Shown: positions 39,316 to 48,918, counted from the first letter of the stretch. The stretch: 64,000 nt of DNA from Candidatus Latescibacterota bacterium (GCA_965208105.1 OZ242318.1:672001-736000); one strand, 5' to 3'. Program-made: numbers and translations. Notes: generated from the letters alone by a model not told the origin.

Positions 39316-39494
39316 TGCGGGAGGCTGTTTCAGCCCATTGGAGGTAAGGGAAGACGGCCGCCCGTAAGCTCTTCATGCCTTTCCCGCACAGGAAGAGCCG
39401 AGGTCGGAGGATGGGGGACCCCCTGGGCAGGTGGATTCATCTGGATGAGACTGAACTCTGGATTCTCCTGGTCCGCTGCAGAAGGTGTCGCATC
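39314..39494 (-). ncRNA. ssrS: Probable 6S RNA (boundaries uncertain; core hairpin 39333-39428)
   Basis: Directly downstream of zapA (known synteny). Minus-strand fold: GCCCA/TGGGC, GGGGGT/ACCTCC, central pyrimidine-rich bubble, CCGACC/GGGCGG, GCTCTTC/GAAGAGC terminal stem. Confidence 0.55.
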
Positions 39495-39832
39495 CCGGTT
39501 TCCTCCGCGCTCCCGGAGGACTCCGCGGACATGCCCGCCCGCTCCTCCACCAGCCTGGCCAGGCGATCCAGGCTCTCGTGGGCGTCGGGGCTGAGCATGC
39601 TTTTCTCCCGCAGGGTGCCCATCAACTCGGCCGCTATCTCCATGGCCGCCCACACCGCCAGGGTCGCCCGCGGGACGCGGCCCTTGTGCTTGGCGGAAAT
39701 CTCACTCATCTTCTGGTCCACGTAGGCGGCTACCTGCCTGATCTGGTCCTCGTCGCCTCCTTCGCTGGCGAATTGATATTCGTCGCCGAATATCTGCACG
39801 ATGACACCCTCTATGTGCCTTCTGCCGTTCAT
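39437..39832 (-). CDS. zapA: Cell division protein ZapA
   Basis: VQIFGDEY, IRQVAAYVDQKMSEI, LAVWAAMEIAAEL, coiled-coil tail. Confidence 0.88.
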   Translation of the reverse strand: MNGRRHIEGVIVQIFGDEYQFASEGGDEDQIRQVAAYVDQKMSEISAKHKGRVPRATLAVWAAMEIAAELMGTLREKSMLSPDAHESLDRLARLVEERAGMSAESSGSAEETGMRHLLQRTRRIQSSVSSR

Positions 39833-39840
39833 CGAGGGGT

Positions 39841-39869
39841 AATCTACCTAGAGGGGAGGCCGAATGCAA
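39841..39869 (-). promoter_or_regulatory. Sigma70 promoter of zapA (probably leaderless transcript)
   Basis: Minus strand TTGCAT - 17 nt - TAGATT, ending 8 nt before the ATG. Confidence 0.6.
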
Positions 39870-40040
39870 GTTTTCCGGCGTCCCGCGCAGGCGGGACTCA
39901 GCGGCGGCCGCAAGGAAGGAAACCCTTCCCCCTGGGGCAACTGCACCAGGCCACCTGGCCCCGGGACTCCGTTGAACATCCCGCCCCGAGGACTTGCAGG
40001 CGGGCACCGGTGATTCCGGCTTCCTTACGAGGAGAAGAAG

Positions 40041-40925
40041 ATGGCAACCCATTGTCTCGTCGGCATCGTCACCATGGAGGCCGTTCCGTGGGAACTCGAG
40101 GAGAATTTCCGGCGCATGGAGGAGTACGTGCGCGAAGCGGTGCGGCGCCGGGCCAGGGTGGTGATCGCGCCGGAGTCGGTTCTCGACGGCTACGTGTACG
40201 GGGCCGACCCGGACGTCACCAGGGAGGGCATGCTGGAGATCGCCCAAACCATACCCGATGGTCCATACCTGGTCCGCGGCGGCGAACTCAGCAAGGAACT
40301 TGGCATCTACCTGGTCTTCGGTTTCCTCGAGCGCCACGGCGATGATTTGTTCAACTCCTGTGCCCTCTTCGACCCGCAGGGAAAGATCATCGCCAAGCAC
40401 AGCAAGGTCCACTCCGGCGGCGAGGCCTTCATCACCCCCGGCCGCGAGCTCAGACCTTTCGACACCCCCATCGGCCGCATCGGCTTCCTGATCTGCAAGG
40501 ACCGCGAAGTCCCGGACAATTTCAACATGCTGGCGGTGCAGAACGTGGACGCCGTCTTCATTCCCATGGACGGGGCCGGCGGTCCCCTCAACACCCGCAA
40601 GCTGGTGCAGCGCGCCCAGGACAACTGCTGCTGGATCATCGTTGCCAACACCTGGAGCGCCGTGGTCATCAGCCCCGGAGGAGAGATTCACCTGGAGAAG
40701 TACGAATCCGAGTGCGTCAGCGTCCAGCGGGCTGACCTCGCCAAGGCCCCCAGGGGCCCGGGACGCACCCGCTTCATGGAAAGGCGCTACGACCTCTACA
40801 CCACCCTCGCCCAATCCTACGAAGCGGAGAAATACTACGACGAGGACGGACGCACGACCTCGGTTGCCGAGGACTTCGGGGTCGAACACCGCAAGGAGCT
40901 TTTAAATCCTCCAGGCAGAGCCTGA
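40041..40925 (+). CDS. Carbon-nitrogen hydrolase (nitrilase superfamily)
   Basis: Glu-Lys-Cys triad: IAPES, KHSKVH, FLICKD. Confidence 0.88.
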   Translation: MATHCLVGIVTMEAVPWELEENFRRMEEYVREAVRRRARVVIAPESVLDGYVYGADPDVTREGMLEIAQTIPDGPYLVRGGELSKELGIYLVFGFLERHGDDLFNSCALFDPQGKIIAKHSKVHSGGEAFITPGRELRPFDTPIGRIGFLICKDREVPDNFNMLAVQNVDAVFIPMDGAGGPLNTRKLVQRAQDNCCWIIVANTWSAVVISPGGEIHLEKYESECVSVQRADLAKAPRGPGRTRFMERRYDLYTTLAQSYEAEKYYDEDGRTTSVAEDFGVEHRKELLNPPGRA

Positions 40926-41061
40926 CCGAAGGCCGGGCGCAAGCTACGGCGGCCCTCCACCGCTGCCGGCCTGAGAGCGCGGTTGACCAGGCAGCGGGGC
41001 TTCCTCCGCATCAAATTTTTACAGGTCCGCGGAATGCAGAACCTGCCCGGTCGAAGATACC

Positions 41062-42090
41062 ATGGCTGAAATCGGGGTTATTCTCGCCGGCGTCGGCGCC
41101 GTCGGCCAGAATCTGACCCGCCTTCTGAGCGCCCGGCCCGGCCTCCGCCTGGCAGCGGCCTATACCCGCAACCCACGGTTCGCCGGACGGGATCTGGGGT
41201 TACACTCGGGCGCCAGACCCATCGGAGTGGAGATCACCACAGACCGCGGCGCCGCCCTTGAGCAGGACGCAGACCTCCTGCTGGTGGCGACGACCTCCTT
41301 CCTGAAGGTGGTGGCCGGCGATCTGCGCGCCGGAATCGACCGCGGCCTCAACGCCATCACCACCGCCGAGGAGGCGTCCTTCCCGTGGCTGGTGGACGAG
41401 CACCTGGCCAACGAGCTGGATGGACGCGCCCGTGACCGCGGGGTTTCCATCCTCGGGGCCGGCCTCAATCCCGGGTTTGTCTTCGACGCTCTCCTGCTGA
41501 CCGCCAGCGGCATCGCCTGGGACGTGAGCCGCATTGGTCTGCGCAGGGTGGTGGACGTCTCCGGCTTCAGCGCAACCGTTCAGCGCCGCCTCGGGATAGG
41601 ATTCAGCAGGGAGGATTTCGAGGCCGGAGTGGAAGCCGGAACCATCCGCGGGCACATTGGCTTTCCCCAGAGTTTCAGCCTGGCCGCAAGGTGCCTGGGC
41701 CGCAGCCTGGAGCGCATCGACAAATCCTTCGAGCCCCTCATCGCCGACCATTCCTTGGGAAACGAGCGTCTCAGGGTCGAGACCGGTACCACCGGAGGCT
41801 TCGTGCAGCGCGTGTCCGGGTTTGGCGCGGGCCATCCCTGGATCGAGGCCGAGTTCATCGCCCACGTCGATCCTCCCGGGGTCGGCCTCGGGTCGCGGGA
41901 CTCCATTTCCATCGATGGACACAACCCCATCAATCTCAGCATCGATCCCGGCTGCAACCCGCAACTGGGCACCGCGGGCATGCTGGCCAACTGCATACCC
42001 CGCGTGGTCGAAGCACAGCCGGGGTTCATAACAGTGGCCGACCTGGGAATCCCCCATGCGCGCCCCACCCGCAGGGAGGGCTGGTTCTAG
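41062..42090 (+). CDS. 2,4-diaminopentanoate dehydrogenase / DapB-like NAD(P) oxidoreductase
   Basis: GVGAVG Rossmann, TTAEE, GAGLNPGFVFD, GHIGFPQS, PG..TVADL. Confidence 0.75.
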   Translation: MAEIGVILAGVGAVGQNLTRLLSARPGLRLAAAYTRNPRFAGRDLGLHSGARPIGVEITTDRGAALEQDADLLLVATTSFLKVVAGDLRAGIDRGLNAITTAEEASFPWLVDEHLANELDGRARDRGVSILGAGLNPGFVFDALLLTASGIAWDVSRIGLRRVVDVSGFSATVQRRLGIGFSREDFEAGVEAGTIRGHIGFPQSFSLAARCLGRSLERIDKSFEPLIADHSLGNERLRVETGTTGGFVQRVSGFGAGHPWIEAEFIAHVDPPGVGLGSRDSISIDGHNPINLSIDPGCNPQLGTAGMLANCIPRVVEAQPGFITVADLGIPHARPTRREGWF

Positions 42091-42138
42091 CTTGAATCGC
42101 AGGTGCCGGAAGGCCTATCTTCATGGGAAAGGATCAGC

Positions 42139-42591
42139 ATGGCCAAAAGGGTCGATCATTTTGCCTTGACCGTCGGCGACCTGGAGCGCTCCCTGCGGTT
42201 CTACCGCGATTTGCTGGGACTTGAGGTGAAGGTGCGGCGCGTCTGGAACGAGGAGTACGTCCGCGAGATGGTCGGGTTCCCCGACGCCTCCATGGACATC
42301 GCCCTTCTCGCCCTTCCCGGGAGCGAGGACCAGCAGCTCGAGCTGATCGAGTATCAGCAGCCCCGGGCGCGGCCGACGCGCAATCAAATCAATGCCGCCG
42401 GCAGCGCCCACCTCTGCTTCATGGTGGACGATATCCAGGAGACTTACGATCGCCTGCGCCGGGAGGGAATCGAGTTCGTGTCCGCGCCGGTCGCCGTCCC
42501 CGTTGGCCCCAACAAGGGGAGGCGCACCGCCTATCTGCTGGACCCGGACGGGATCGTGGTGCAGTTGATGCAACCGGCCGGGGAGAAATAG
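42139..42591 (+). CDS. VOC (glyoxalase) family protein
   Basis: HFALTVGDLERSLRFYRDLLG, LELIEY, HLCFMVDD, YLLDPDGIVVQL. Confidence 0.9.
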   Translation: MAKRVDHFALTVGDLERSLRFYRDLLGLEVKVRRVWNEEYVREMVGFPDASMDIALLALPGSEDQQLELIEYQQPRARPTRNQINAAGSAHLCFMVDDIQETYDRLRREGIEFVSAPVAVPVGPNKGRRTAYLLDPDGIVVQLMQPAGEK

Positions 42592-42593
42592 TT

Positions 42594-42821
42594 ATATTCA
42601 CTGTCCTGGAAACGGAGACCGCCTTCATCGTGGCGGCGGCCGGCGACCCCGGTGACTGGGTGGCTTCCTTCCGCAAGAGCCCCGGCTTTCCCGCCCGCGA
42701 CTGGGCCCGGCGCATGGCCGACCTCTACAACCAGCGCCTTGCGGGGGACGTCCACTGTCCGGACGGCCCGGATCCGTCCGGGTCCTCCTTCCACCCGGAG
42801 GCCGACGGGGATTGCACCTGA
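42594..42821 (+). CDS. Small hypothetical protein (start uncertain: ATA 42594, CTG 42606 or GTG 42630)
   Basis: Fills an operon gap; protein-like sequence FTVLETETAFIVAAAGDPGDWVASFRK...RDWARRMADLYN. Confidence 0.45.
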   Translation: MFTVLETETAFIVAAAGDPGDWVASFRKSPGFPARDWARRMADLYNQRLAGDVHCPDGPDPSGSSFHPEADGDCT

Positions 42822-42865
42822 CCCTGCACTCGCAGCCCCACCGCCCTAGAGGAGATGCATTGTCC

Positions 42866-44035
42866 ATGACGACCCAACCAACCCACGCCGAGGAGCTGTC
42901 AGCGCGCAAGGAGCGCACCCGGGAGAGCCTGGAGGACATTCTCGTCGTGGATGTCGACGTCCACGTCCACGAAATCCCCTCCGAAATGGCGGCTTACTGC
43001 GACATGCCCTGGCGCAAATCGCTGCAGCGAATCGGAGCCATGCCCGACGACCGCTACCTCGATCTGCCGGGCTTTTCCCCGGGCAACAGCGCCTTCTCCG
43101 CGCCCTACCCGGGGGGACACGACGGCACCAGGGTGGTCACCTCGCCGGAGCAGATGCGGCAGGAGCTGGCGGAGTTCAGCATCGACCTCGCCGTCCTCTT
43201 TCCCGACCACCTGCTCAAGCTGGCGGTATTTCCCCAGGCCGACTACGCCGCCGCCCTCGCCCGCGCCTACAACGCCTGGCTCATCGACCGCTGGTGCCTG
43301 CGCCAGAGAGGCCTGCTGGGCTGCCTCATCGCCGCCCCCCAGGACCCAGAGGACGCGGCGCGGGAAATCGAGCGCTACGCCCGGGAGCCCGGGATCGTCG
43401 GCGTCTACCTCCCCACGGCGGGAGTTGACCCGCTCTGGGGCCACCGCAGCTACAACCCCATCTTCCAGGCAGCCCAGGACGCCGATCTGCCCGTCCTGCT
43501 GCACAGCGTCACGGTAGTTTTTCCTGTCTTCCCCTGCCAGGTGCACAAGTACGAAACCCCCTTCGCCAAGCACGCCGTCGCCCACACCTTCTCCATGATG
43601 GCCAACCTGGTGAGCCTGATCGAAACCGGGGTGCCCGAGCGCTTTCCCGACCTGCGCATCGCCTTCACCGAGTCGGGGCTTTCCTGGGTCCCCTTCATCA
43701 TGAACCGCCTCGACAAGGAATACATCGAGCACCGCCGCGAGATGCATTATCTGAGAAATCGGCCCAGCCAGTACATCAAGCAATTCTACTTCGCCACCCA
43801 GCCCCTGGAAGAGCCGGAAGATCCATCCGACATGGCCAAGCTGATCGAGATCTACGGCGGCGAGGACACCACCATGTTCGCCTCGGACTGGCCCCACCAC
43901 GACTTCGACCATCCGCGCCTGGCCTACCAGTTGCCCTTCACCGCTCCGGTGCGGCGCAAGATCATGGGGGAAAACGCGCTGAACTTCTTCAGGATCGACG
44001 CGGCCGGGCAACGCCTCAAGCTGAAGACAGGGTAG
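42866..44035 (+). CDS. Amidohydrolase_2-fold metalloenzyme, probable dinuclear oxygenase
   Basis: DVDVH, AYNAW, PVLLH, GVPERFPDLRIAFTESG, ATQPLEEP, SDWPHHDFD; Rieske gene 3 nt downstream. Confidence 0.85.
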   Translation: MTTQPTHAEELSARKERTRESLEDILVVDVDVHVHEIPSEMAAYCDMPWRKSLQRIGAMPDDRYLDLPGFSPGNSAFSAPYPGGHDGTRVVTSPEQMRQELAEFSIDLAVLFPDHLLKLAVFPQADYAAALARAYNAWLIDRWCLRQRGLLGCLIAAPQDPEDAAREIERYAREPGIVGVYLPTAGVDPLWGHRSYNPIFQAAQDADLPVLLHSVTVVFPVFPCQVHKYETPFAKHAVAHTFSMMANLVSLIETGVPERFPDLRIAFTESGLSWVPFIMNRLDKEYIEHRREMHYLRNRPSQYIKQFYFATQPLEEPEDPSDMAKLIEIYGGEDTTMFASDWPHHDFDHPRLAYQLPFTAPVRRKIMGENALNFFRIDAAGQRLKLKTG

Positions 44036-44038
44036 GGC

Positions 44039-44407
44039 ATGGCGAGGAAAACCCGGGAGTACACCGTCGCCGAGGCGGCGGAACTCCCCCCCGGCTCGCA
44101 GCGGGTGGTGCAGGTGGGCCGGCGCGAGATCGGCCTTTTCAACATCGGTGGGACCTTCCACGCCCTGCCCAACCTCTGCCCCCACCAGATCGGCCCCCTT
44201 TGCACCGGCAAGGTATCAGGCACCCTGGCATCGAGCAGGGAAAACGGCTGGAAGGTGGAGTGGGTCCACGAGGGCGAGATTCTCATCTGTCCCTGGCACG
44301 GCCTCGAGTACCACATCCCCAGCGGGCGCTGCCTGGCCTACCCCGAAGTCCGCCTGCGCAGCTACGAGGTCTGGGTGGAGAAGGGCATGGTCAAGCTCCG
44401 TCTCTAG
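44039..44407 (+). CDS. Rieske [2Fe-2S] ferredoxin
   Basis: CPHQ and CPWHG ligand motifs; 122 aa. Confidence 0.93.
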   Translation: MARKTREYTVAEAAELPPGSQRVVQVGRREIGLFNIGGTFHALPNLCPHQIGPLCTGKVSGTLASSRENGWKVEWVHEGEILICPWHGLEYHIPSGRCLAYPEVRLRSYEVWVEKGMVKLRL

Positions 44408-44445
44408 TTCTAGTCTGCCGGCCTTCACCTGAAGGAGACGCGAAG

Positions 44446-45573
44446 ATGAAGATCGCAAGTATCCAGGCATTTCCCCTTGCCTATCCGGAGCCCCACTACA
44501 AGGGGATCGAACGCTACATCACCCTGGCCCGGGTGGAATCCTCCGACGGCCTGGTGGGCTGGGGCGAGTGCATCTCCCAGTTCCGCGAGGCCTCGCTGGC
44601 CACCAGGATCGTCATCGAGCAGGGCTACGCGCCCCTTCTGGTCGGCGAGGACCCCCTCGAGGTCGAGCGCCTGTGGAACAGGATGCTGGACCACGTCTGG
44701 TGGTACGGCCCCGAGGGCATCGCCGCCTTCGGGGTCAGCGCCGTGGACATGGCGCTGTGGGACCTCAAGGGCAAGGCCCTGGGCCTGCCCGTGTCCTCTC
44801 TGCTGGGGGGCCGCCTGCACGACAAGGTGGTGGCCATGGGCTCCATCATTTTCGATATGGAGGACTTCGACTGGACCGTCGACGAGTTCCGCTGGATGAA
44901 GGACCAGGGCTACCGCGTGGTCAAGGCCGGCTGGGGAATGCGCCCCGAGGTGGTGTTCGGCATGGACCGCAAGCGCGACATCGAGATAGTGAGCGCGGTG
45001 CGCCGGGTCATCGGCGACGCTCTCGAGCTGGTGGTGGATACGCCGGGAGGCTGGAACATATGGGACGTGCCCACCGCCATCCAGCGCTTCGGCGACCTCG
45101 AGCCCTTCAACCTGCGCTGGATCGAGCAGCCCCTGCTCCCGCGCGACCTCGAGGCCCACGCCCGCCTGCGCGCGGCGGTGGCCATCCCCATCGGCACAGG
45201 CGAGGACGAGTGGAACGTGGAGAGCTACTCCCGCCTGGTCCACTCGGGGGGTGTGGACGTGGTGCAGATGGACCCGGGCCGCTGCCACGGCATCAGCGGC
45301 TGCCGCCACGTGATCAAGCTCATCGAGGCGCAGAACCTGCAGTGGAGCGCCCATACCTGGAGCAGCGCCCTCAACACCGCCGCCAGCGTGCACCTGATGG
45401 CCAACTCGACCCGCGGGGTTGCCATGGACTTCAAGCCCCACGAATCTCCCATGCAGCACGAGCTGGTGAGCGATCCATGGGTCCAGGAAGACGGTTGCCT
45501 GGCGGTGCGGGACCAGCCGGGGCTCGGGGTCGAGGTGCGCGAAGAAATCGTGCAGAAGTACCTGTTTGACTGA
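44446..45573 (+). CDS. Mandelate racemase/muconate lactonizing enzyme family protein
   Basis: SAVDMALWDLKGK, VD/WIEQP/TGEDE metal ligands, PGLGVE; AAGGAG RBS. Confidence 0.92.
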   Translation: MKIASIQAFPLAYPEPHYKGIERYITLARVESSDGLVGWGECISQFREASLATRIVIEQGYAPLLVGEDPLEVERLWNRMLDHVWWYGPEGIAAFGVSAVDMALWDLKGKALGLPVSSLLGGRLHDKVVAMGSIIFDMEDFDWTVDEFRWMKDQGYRVVKAGWGMRPEVVFGMDRKRDIEIVSAVRRVIGDALELVVDTPGGWNIWDVPTAIQRFGDLEPFNLRWIEQPLLPRDLEAHARLRAAVAIPIGTGEDEWNVESYSRLVHSGGVDVVQMDPGRCHGISGCRHVIKLIEAQNLQWSAHTWSSALNTAASVHLMANSTRGVAMDFKPHESPMQHELVSDPWVQEDGCLAVRDQPGLGVEVREEIVQKYLFD

Positions 45574-45617
45574 GAGGCGGTATTTCCATAGTATTGCCAG
45601 CCTTGAAGGAGGAGGTA

Positions 45618-46439
45618 ATGGCCGACCCTCAATCTGCTCCGCGCCGGGCCCTCGTCACCGGCGGGGCCAACGGCTTCGGCCTGGCCACCGCCCGCGCCCT
45701 TCTCGCCCAGGGGGGTCAGGTGGCCATCGGCGACATCGACGCCGCCCAGCTGGACAGGGCCGCCCGGAGCCTGGCCAGCGACCAGGTGCTGCCCCTGGAA
45801 CTGGACGTCACCTCCCGCGCTTCGGCCGAAGCGGCGGTGGAAGCCTGCCGGAGCAGCTTCGGGGGCCTGGACACCCTGGTCAACTCGGCCGGGGTCATCC
45901 ACTTCGGCTTCCTGGAAGAGATCGGCGAGGAGGACTGGGACCGGGTCATCGACGTGGACCTCAAGGGGGTCTTCCTGTGCTGCCAGGCGGCCTCGGCGCT
46001 GCTGCGCGAGAGCGGCCGCCGCGGCCGCATCGTCAACATCGGCTCGGACGCCAGCAAGATCGGCTGGCCCATTATTTCGGTCTACTGCGCCGCCAAATTC
46101 GGCGTGGTGGGCCTCACCAAGTCCCTGGCGGGTGAATTCGCCCCCTCCGGAGTCACCGTCAACTGCGTCTGCCCCGCCGGCGTTTCGACCACGGGAATGG
46201 GGCAGGACGTCCTGGCGTGGAAGAAGGAAGCCACCAGCAAAGATCCCCGGGACATCCTGGCGGCCACCGCCGCGGAGATCCCCCTCGGGCGCAACCCCAC
46301 CGAGGACGACATCGTCAACGCCATCATGTTCTTCCTCGCCGACGCCTCGGACTTCATAACCGGGGTTGCCCTCGACGTCGAAGGCGGCCTGATCAGCACG
46401 ACCACGGCCATGCCCGGCGCGGCCGGGGAGCCCCCGTAG
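45618..46439 (+). CDS. SDR family oxidoreductase
   Basis: TGGANGFG, NSAG, YCAAK. Confidence 0.9.
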   Translation: MADPQSAPRRALVTGGANGFGLATARALLAQGGQVAIGDIDAAQLDRAARSLASDQVLPLELDVTSRASAEAAVEACRSSFGGLDTLVNSAGVIHFGFLEEIGEEDWDRVIDVDLKGVFLCCQAASALLRESGRRGRIVNIGSDASKIGWPIISVYCAAKFGVVGLTKSLAGEFAPSGVTVNCVCPAGVSTTGMGQDVLAWKKEATSKDPRDILAATAAEIPLGRNPTEDDIVNAIMFFLADASDFITGVALDVEGGLISTTTAMPGAAGEPP

Positions 46440-46471
46440 TCACGAGCCCATCCAACGAGGAGAACAACCCC

Positions 46472-46840
46472 ATGCAACGAGTCGCCTTCATCCTGCGAGT
46501 CAAGGAAGGCCACGAGGAGGAGTACATCCGCCGCCACCGGGAGATCTGGCCCCAGATCCTGGACGATCTCGAACGGGCGCGGGTGCACAAGATGAGCATC
46601 TTCATGTCCGGCCTCCAGCTCTTCCTCTACATGGAGGTGGAGGACTACGCCGAAGCCGCCCGCGTCCTCGGCGAAAGCCCCGAGTCCATGCGCTGGGAGG
46701 AGTACATGGCGCCGATCATGGAGGACGCCGCGGGAGGCGACTACGACCCGCAGAACGCCTATCCCGACGGATTGCCCGAGGTCTTCTACTGGGAGAGCCG
46801 GGGCGGCAATTCTTCACCGAAAGGAACGAACCGTGAGTGA
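46472..46840 (+). CDS. rhaM: L-rhamnose mutarotase family protein
   Basis: EEYIRRHREIWP, SIF, LFLYMEV, RWEEYMAPIM, LPEVFY. Confidence 0.85.
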   Translation: MQRVAFILRVKEGHEEEYIRRHREIWPQILDDLERARVHKMSIFMSGLQLFLYMEVEDYAEAARVLGESPESMRWEEYMAPIMEDAAGGDYDPQNAYPDGLPEVFYWESRGGNSSPKGTNRE

Positions 46841-47663
46841 CATCAAGCTGGCCGGCGCGGCCTGGTCCTTCGTCGGAACCTCCCTGGCCGAATCCGCCGC
46901 CATCTGGCGCGCCCTGGGCATCGGGGCCATGGACCTGATCGCGGTGACCGGGATGGGCATGGACCCGGCGGCCATCGACCGCGACCCCAGGGGGCAGGCG
47001 GGGCTGGCCGCTGCCCCGGGCCTGGAGCTGAGCAACCTTCTCTACCTCTTCGGCGAGGACTTCCAGGACCGCGCCATCAACTCGGCCGACCCCGAGGTGC
47101 GCGCCCGCAACACCGCCACCCTCGGGAACGTGCTGGACTTCTGCGTCGCGGCACGCATTCCATCCCTGCTGGTCCTGCCCGGGGTGGACCAGCCCGGCAT
47201 GAGCCACCGGGAATCCCTGGAGCTCTCGGCCCAGGTGCTCACCGAGATGAGCGCCTCGGCCTCCGAGGCCGGGGTCCTGCTGGTCTTCGAGCCCCACATC
47301 GATTCCCACCTGGAGGACCCGGCGGAGACTCTAGCGTTCCTGCAGGAGAACCCCCACCTCAGGATCGCCCTCGACTACGCCCACTTCATCGCCCAGGGCT
47401 ACAAGGCCGCCGACGTCGATCCCCTGGTTCCCTACGCCGGACACTTCCACCTGCGCCAGGGCGCCGACAAGCAGCTGCAGGCGCGCTGGGACGACGGCGA
47501 GATCGACTTCACCGCGGTGGTCGGCAAGCTCAAGGAGGCCGGCTACCAGGGCTACCTGACCCTGGAGTACGAGCACGAACCGGGGTGGATGGACATGGAC
47601 AGGTGCGACGTGATAACCGAGTCCATCAAGATGCGCGACCTGGTCCTGCCGCTGCTGTCATGA
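46833..47663 (+). CDS. Sugar phosphate isomerase/epimerase (xylose isomerase-like TIM barrel)
   Basis: FEPH, LDYAH, HFHLR, GYQGYLTLEYE metal-ligand pattern. Confidence 0.85.
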   Translation: MSDIKLAGAAWSFVGTSLAESAAIWRALGIGAMDLIAVTGMGMDPAAIDRDPRGQAGLAAAPGLELSNLLYLFGEDFQDRAINSADPEVRARNTATLGNVLDFCVAARIPSLLVLPGVDQPGMSHRESLELSAQVLTEMSASASEAGVLLVFEPHIDSHLEDPAETLAFLQENPHLRIALDYAHFIAQGYKAADVDPLVPYAGHFHLRQGADKQLQARWDDGEIDFTAVVGKLKEAGYQGYLTLEYEHEPGWMDMDRCDVITESIKMRDLVLPLLS

Positions 47664-47712
47664 ACCGCCCGGGCCCCGTTTCCTCTCACCTCCCCCAACA
47701 GGAATCCGCCGC

Positions 47713-48783
47713 ATGGCCGCAAAAGCCCGGATAGGAATCATCGGCACCGGATGGTGGGCGACCACCGCCCATTTCCCCGCCGTCATCGCGCACCCCGACG
47801 CCGAGCTCGCCGCCGCCGCCGACATCCGCCCGGAGGTGCTGGCCCAGGCCGCCGCCAAGTACGGAGTCGAGCGCACCTACACCGACTACCGCGAGATGCT
47901 CGACCGCGAAAGACTCGACGGGGTCGTCGTCGCCGTCTACCACGCCGCCCATTTCGAGGTAGCCCGGGCCTGCCTGCAGCGCGGTCTCCACGTCATGCTG
48001 GAGAAGCCCATGGTGCTCAGCGCGGACCACGCGCGCCGACTGGTGGAGCTGGCGCGGCGGCAGAAGCGCGAGCTGATCGTGGGCTACCCCTGGCACTACA
48101 CCCCCCACACCTTGAGGGCGCGCGAGCTGCTGCAGTCGGGCGAGCTGGGCGAGGTCCGCTACATCAACTCCATGTTCGCATCCATGGTCCTCGCCCTCTA
48201 CCGCGGCGAGGACCGCAGCTACGAGTCCTTCTTCCAGTACCCCGTGGTGGGCCCCGGAGACGTCTACAGCGACCCGGAGCGCTCCGGCGGCGGCCAGGGC
48301 CACCTGCAGGTGACCCACTCGGCGGCGCTCGTATTCTTCATGACCGGGCTCAGGCCCGTCACCGTCATGGCCCTGATGGACAACATGGACACCAGGGTGG
48401 ACGTCACCGATGCCTGCGTCGCGCGGATGGACAACGGCGCCCTGGTCACGGTGGGCAGCACCGGGGCCATACCCGCCAACGACGTGGAGCAGCTCGAAAC
48501 CCGGATCTACTGCGACAGGGGCTGGATCGACATCTCCTCATTCGCCGGGACCATGCGCGTCAGCCATCCCGACCGCAGAATCGAGACCCTACCGCCCCTG
48601 GAGGGAGAGGACGAGATCTACCCCATGCAGGCAACGGCGGCCAACCTGGTCGATGTGATCAACGGCACCGCCGCCAACGGCTCGCCCCCGGAGATCGGCT
48701 GGCGCACGGTGGAGTTCCTCGACGCCGCCTACCGCTCGGCGGCAAAGGGCGGCGAAGCGGTGGAGGTGGACTCGCTGTACTAG
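47713..48783 (+). CDS. Gfo/Idh/MocA family oxidoreductase
   Basis: IGIIGTG, HVMLEKP, SGGG, AAYRSA. Confidence 0.9.
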   Translation: MAAKARIGIIGTGWWATTAHFPAVIAHPDAELAAAADIRPEVLAQAAAKYGVERTYTDYREMLDRERLDGVVVAVYHAAHFEVARACLQRGLHVMLEKPMVLSADHARRLVELARRQKRELIVGYPWHYTPHTLRARELLQSGELGEVRYINSMFASMVLALYRGEDRSYESFFQYPVVGPGDVYSDPERSGGGQGHLQVTHSAALVFFMTGLRPVTVMALMDNMDTRVDVTDACVARMDNGALVTVGSTGAIPANDVEQLETRIYCDRGWIDISSFAGTMRVSHPDRRIETLPPLEGEDEIYPMQATAANLVDVINGTAANGSPPEIGWRTVEFLDAAYRSAAKGGEAVEVDSLY

Positions 48784-48918
48784 GGCAAGGATTATTGAAG
48801 GGGAGAATGCCGGGGATCCAAGGCGGCATCGGACTGGGCGACCAGATCCGCGTTGAAGGCTTCTAAAACCCGCGGCAGGGTCGCCATCACAAAGTCATCA
48901 CGGGAGCATAACCACAAC

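Noticed and set aside
39880-39897. REP-like hairpin GTCCCGC-GCAG-GCGGGAC
   Set aside because: Only one copy seen in the window and no associated transposase; cannot be called a repeat family
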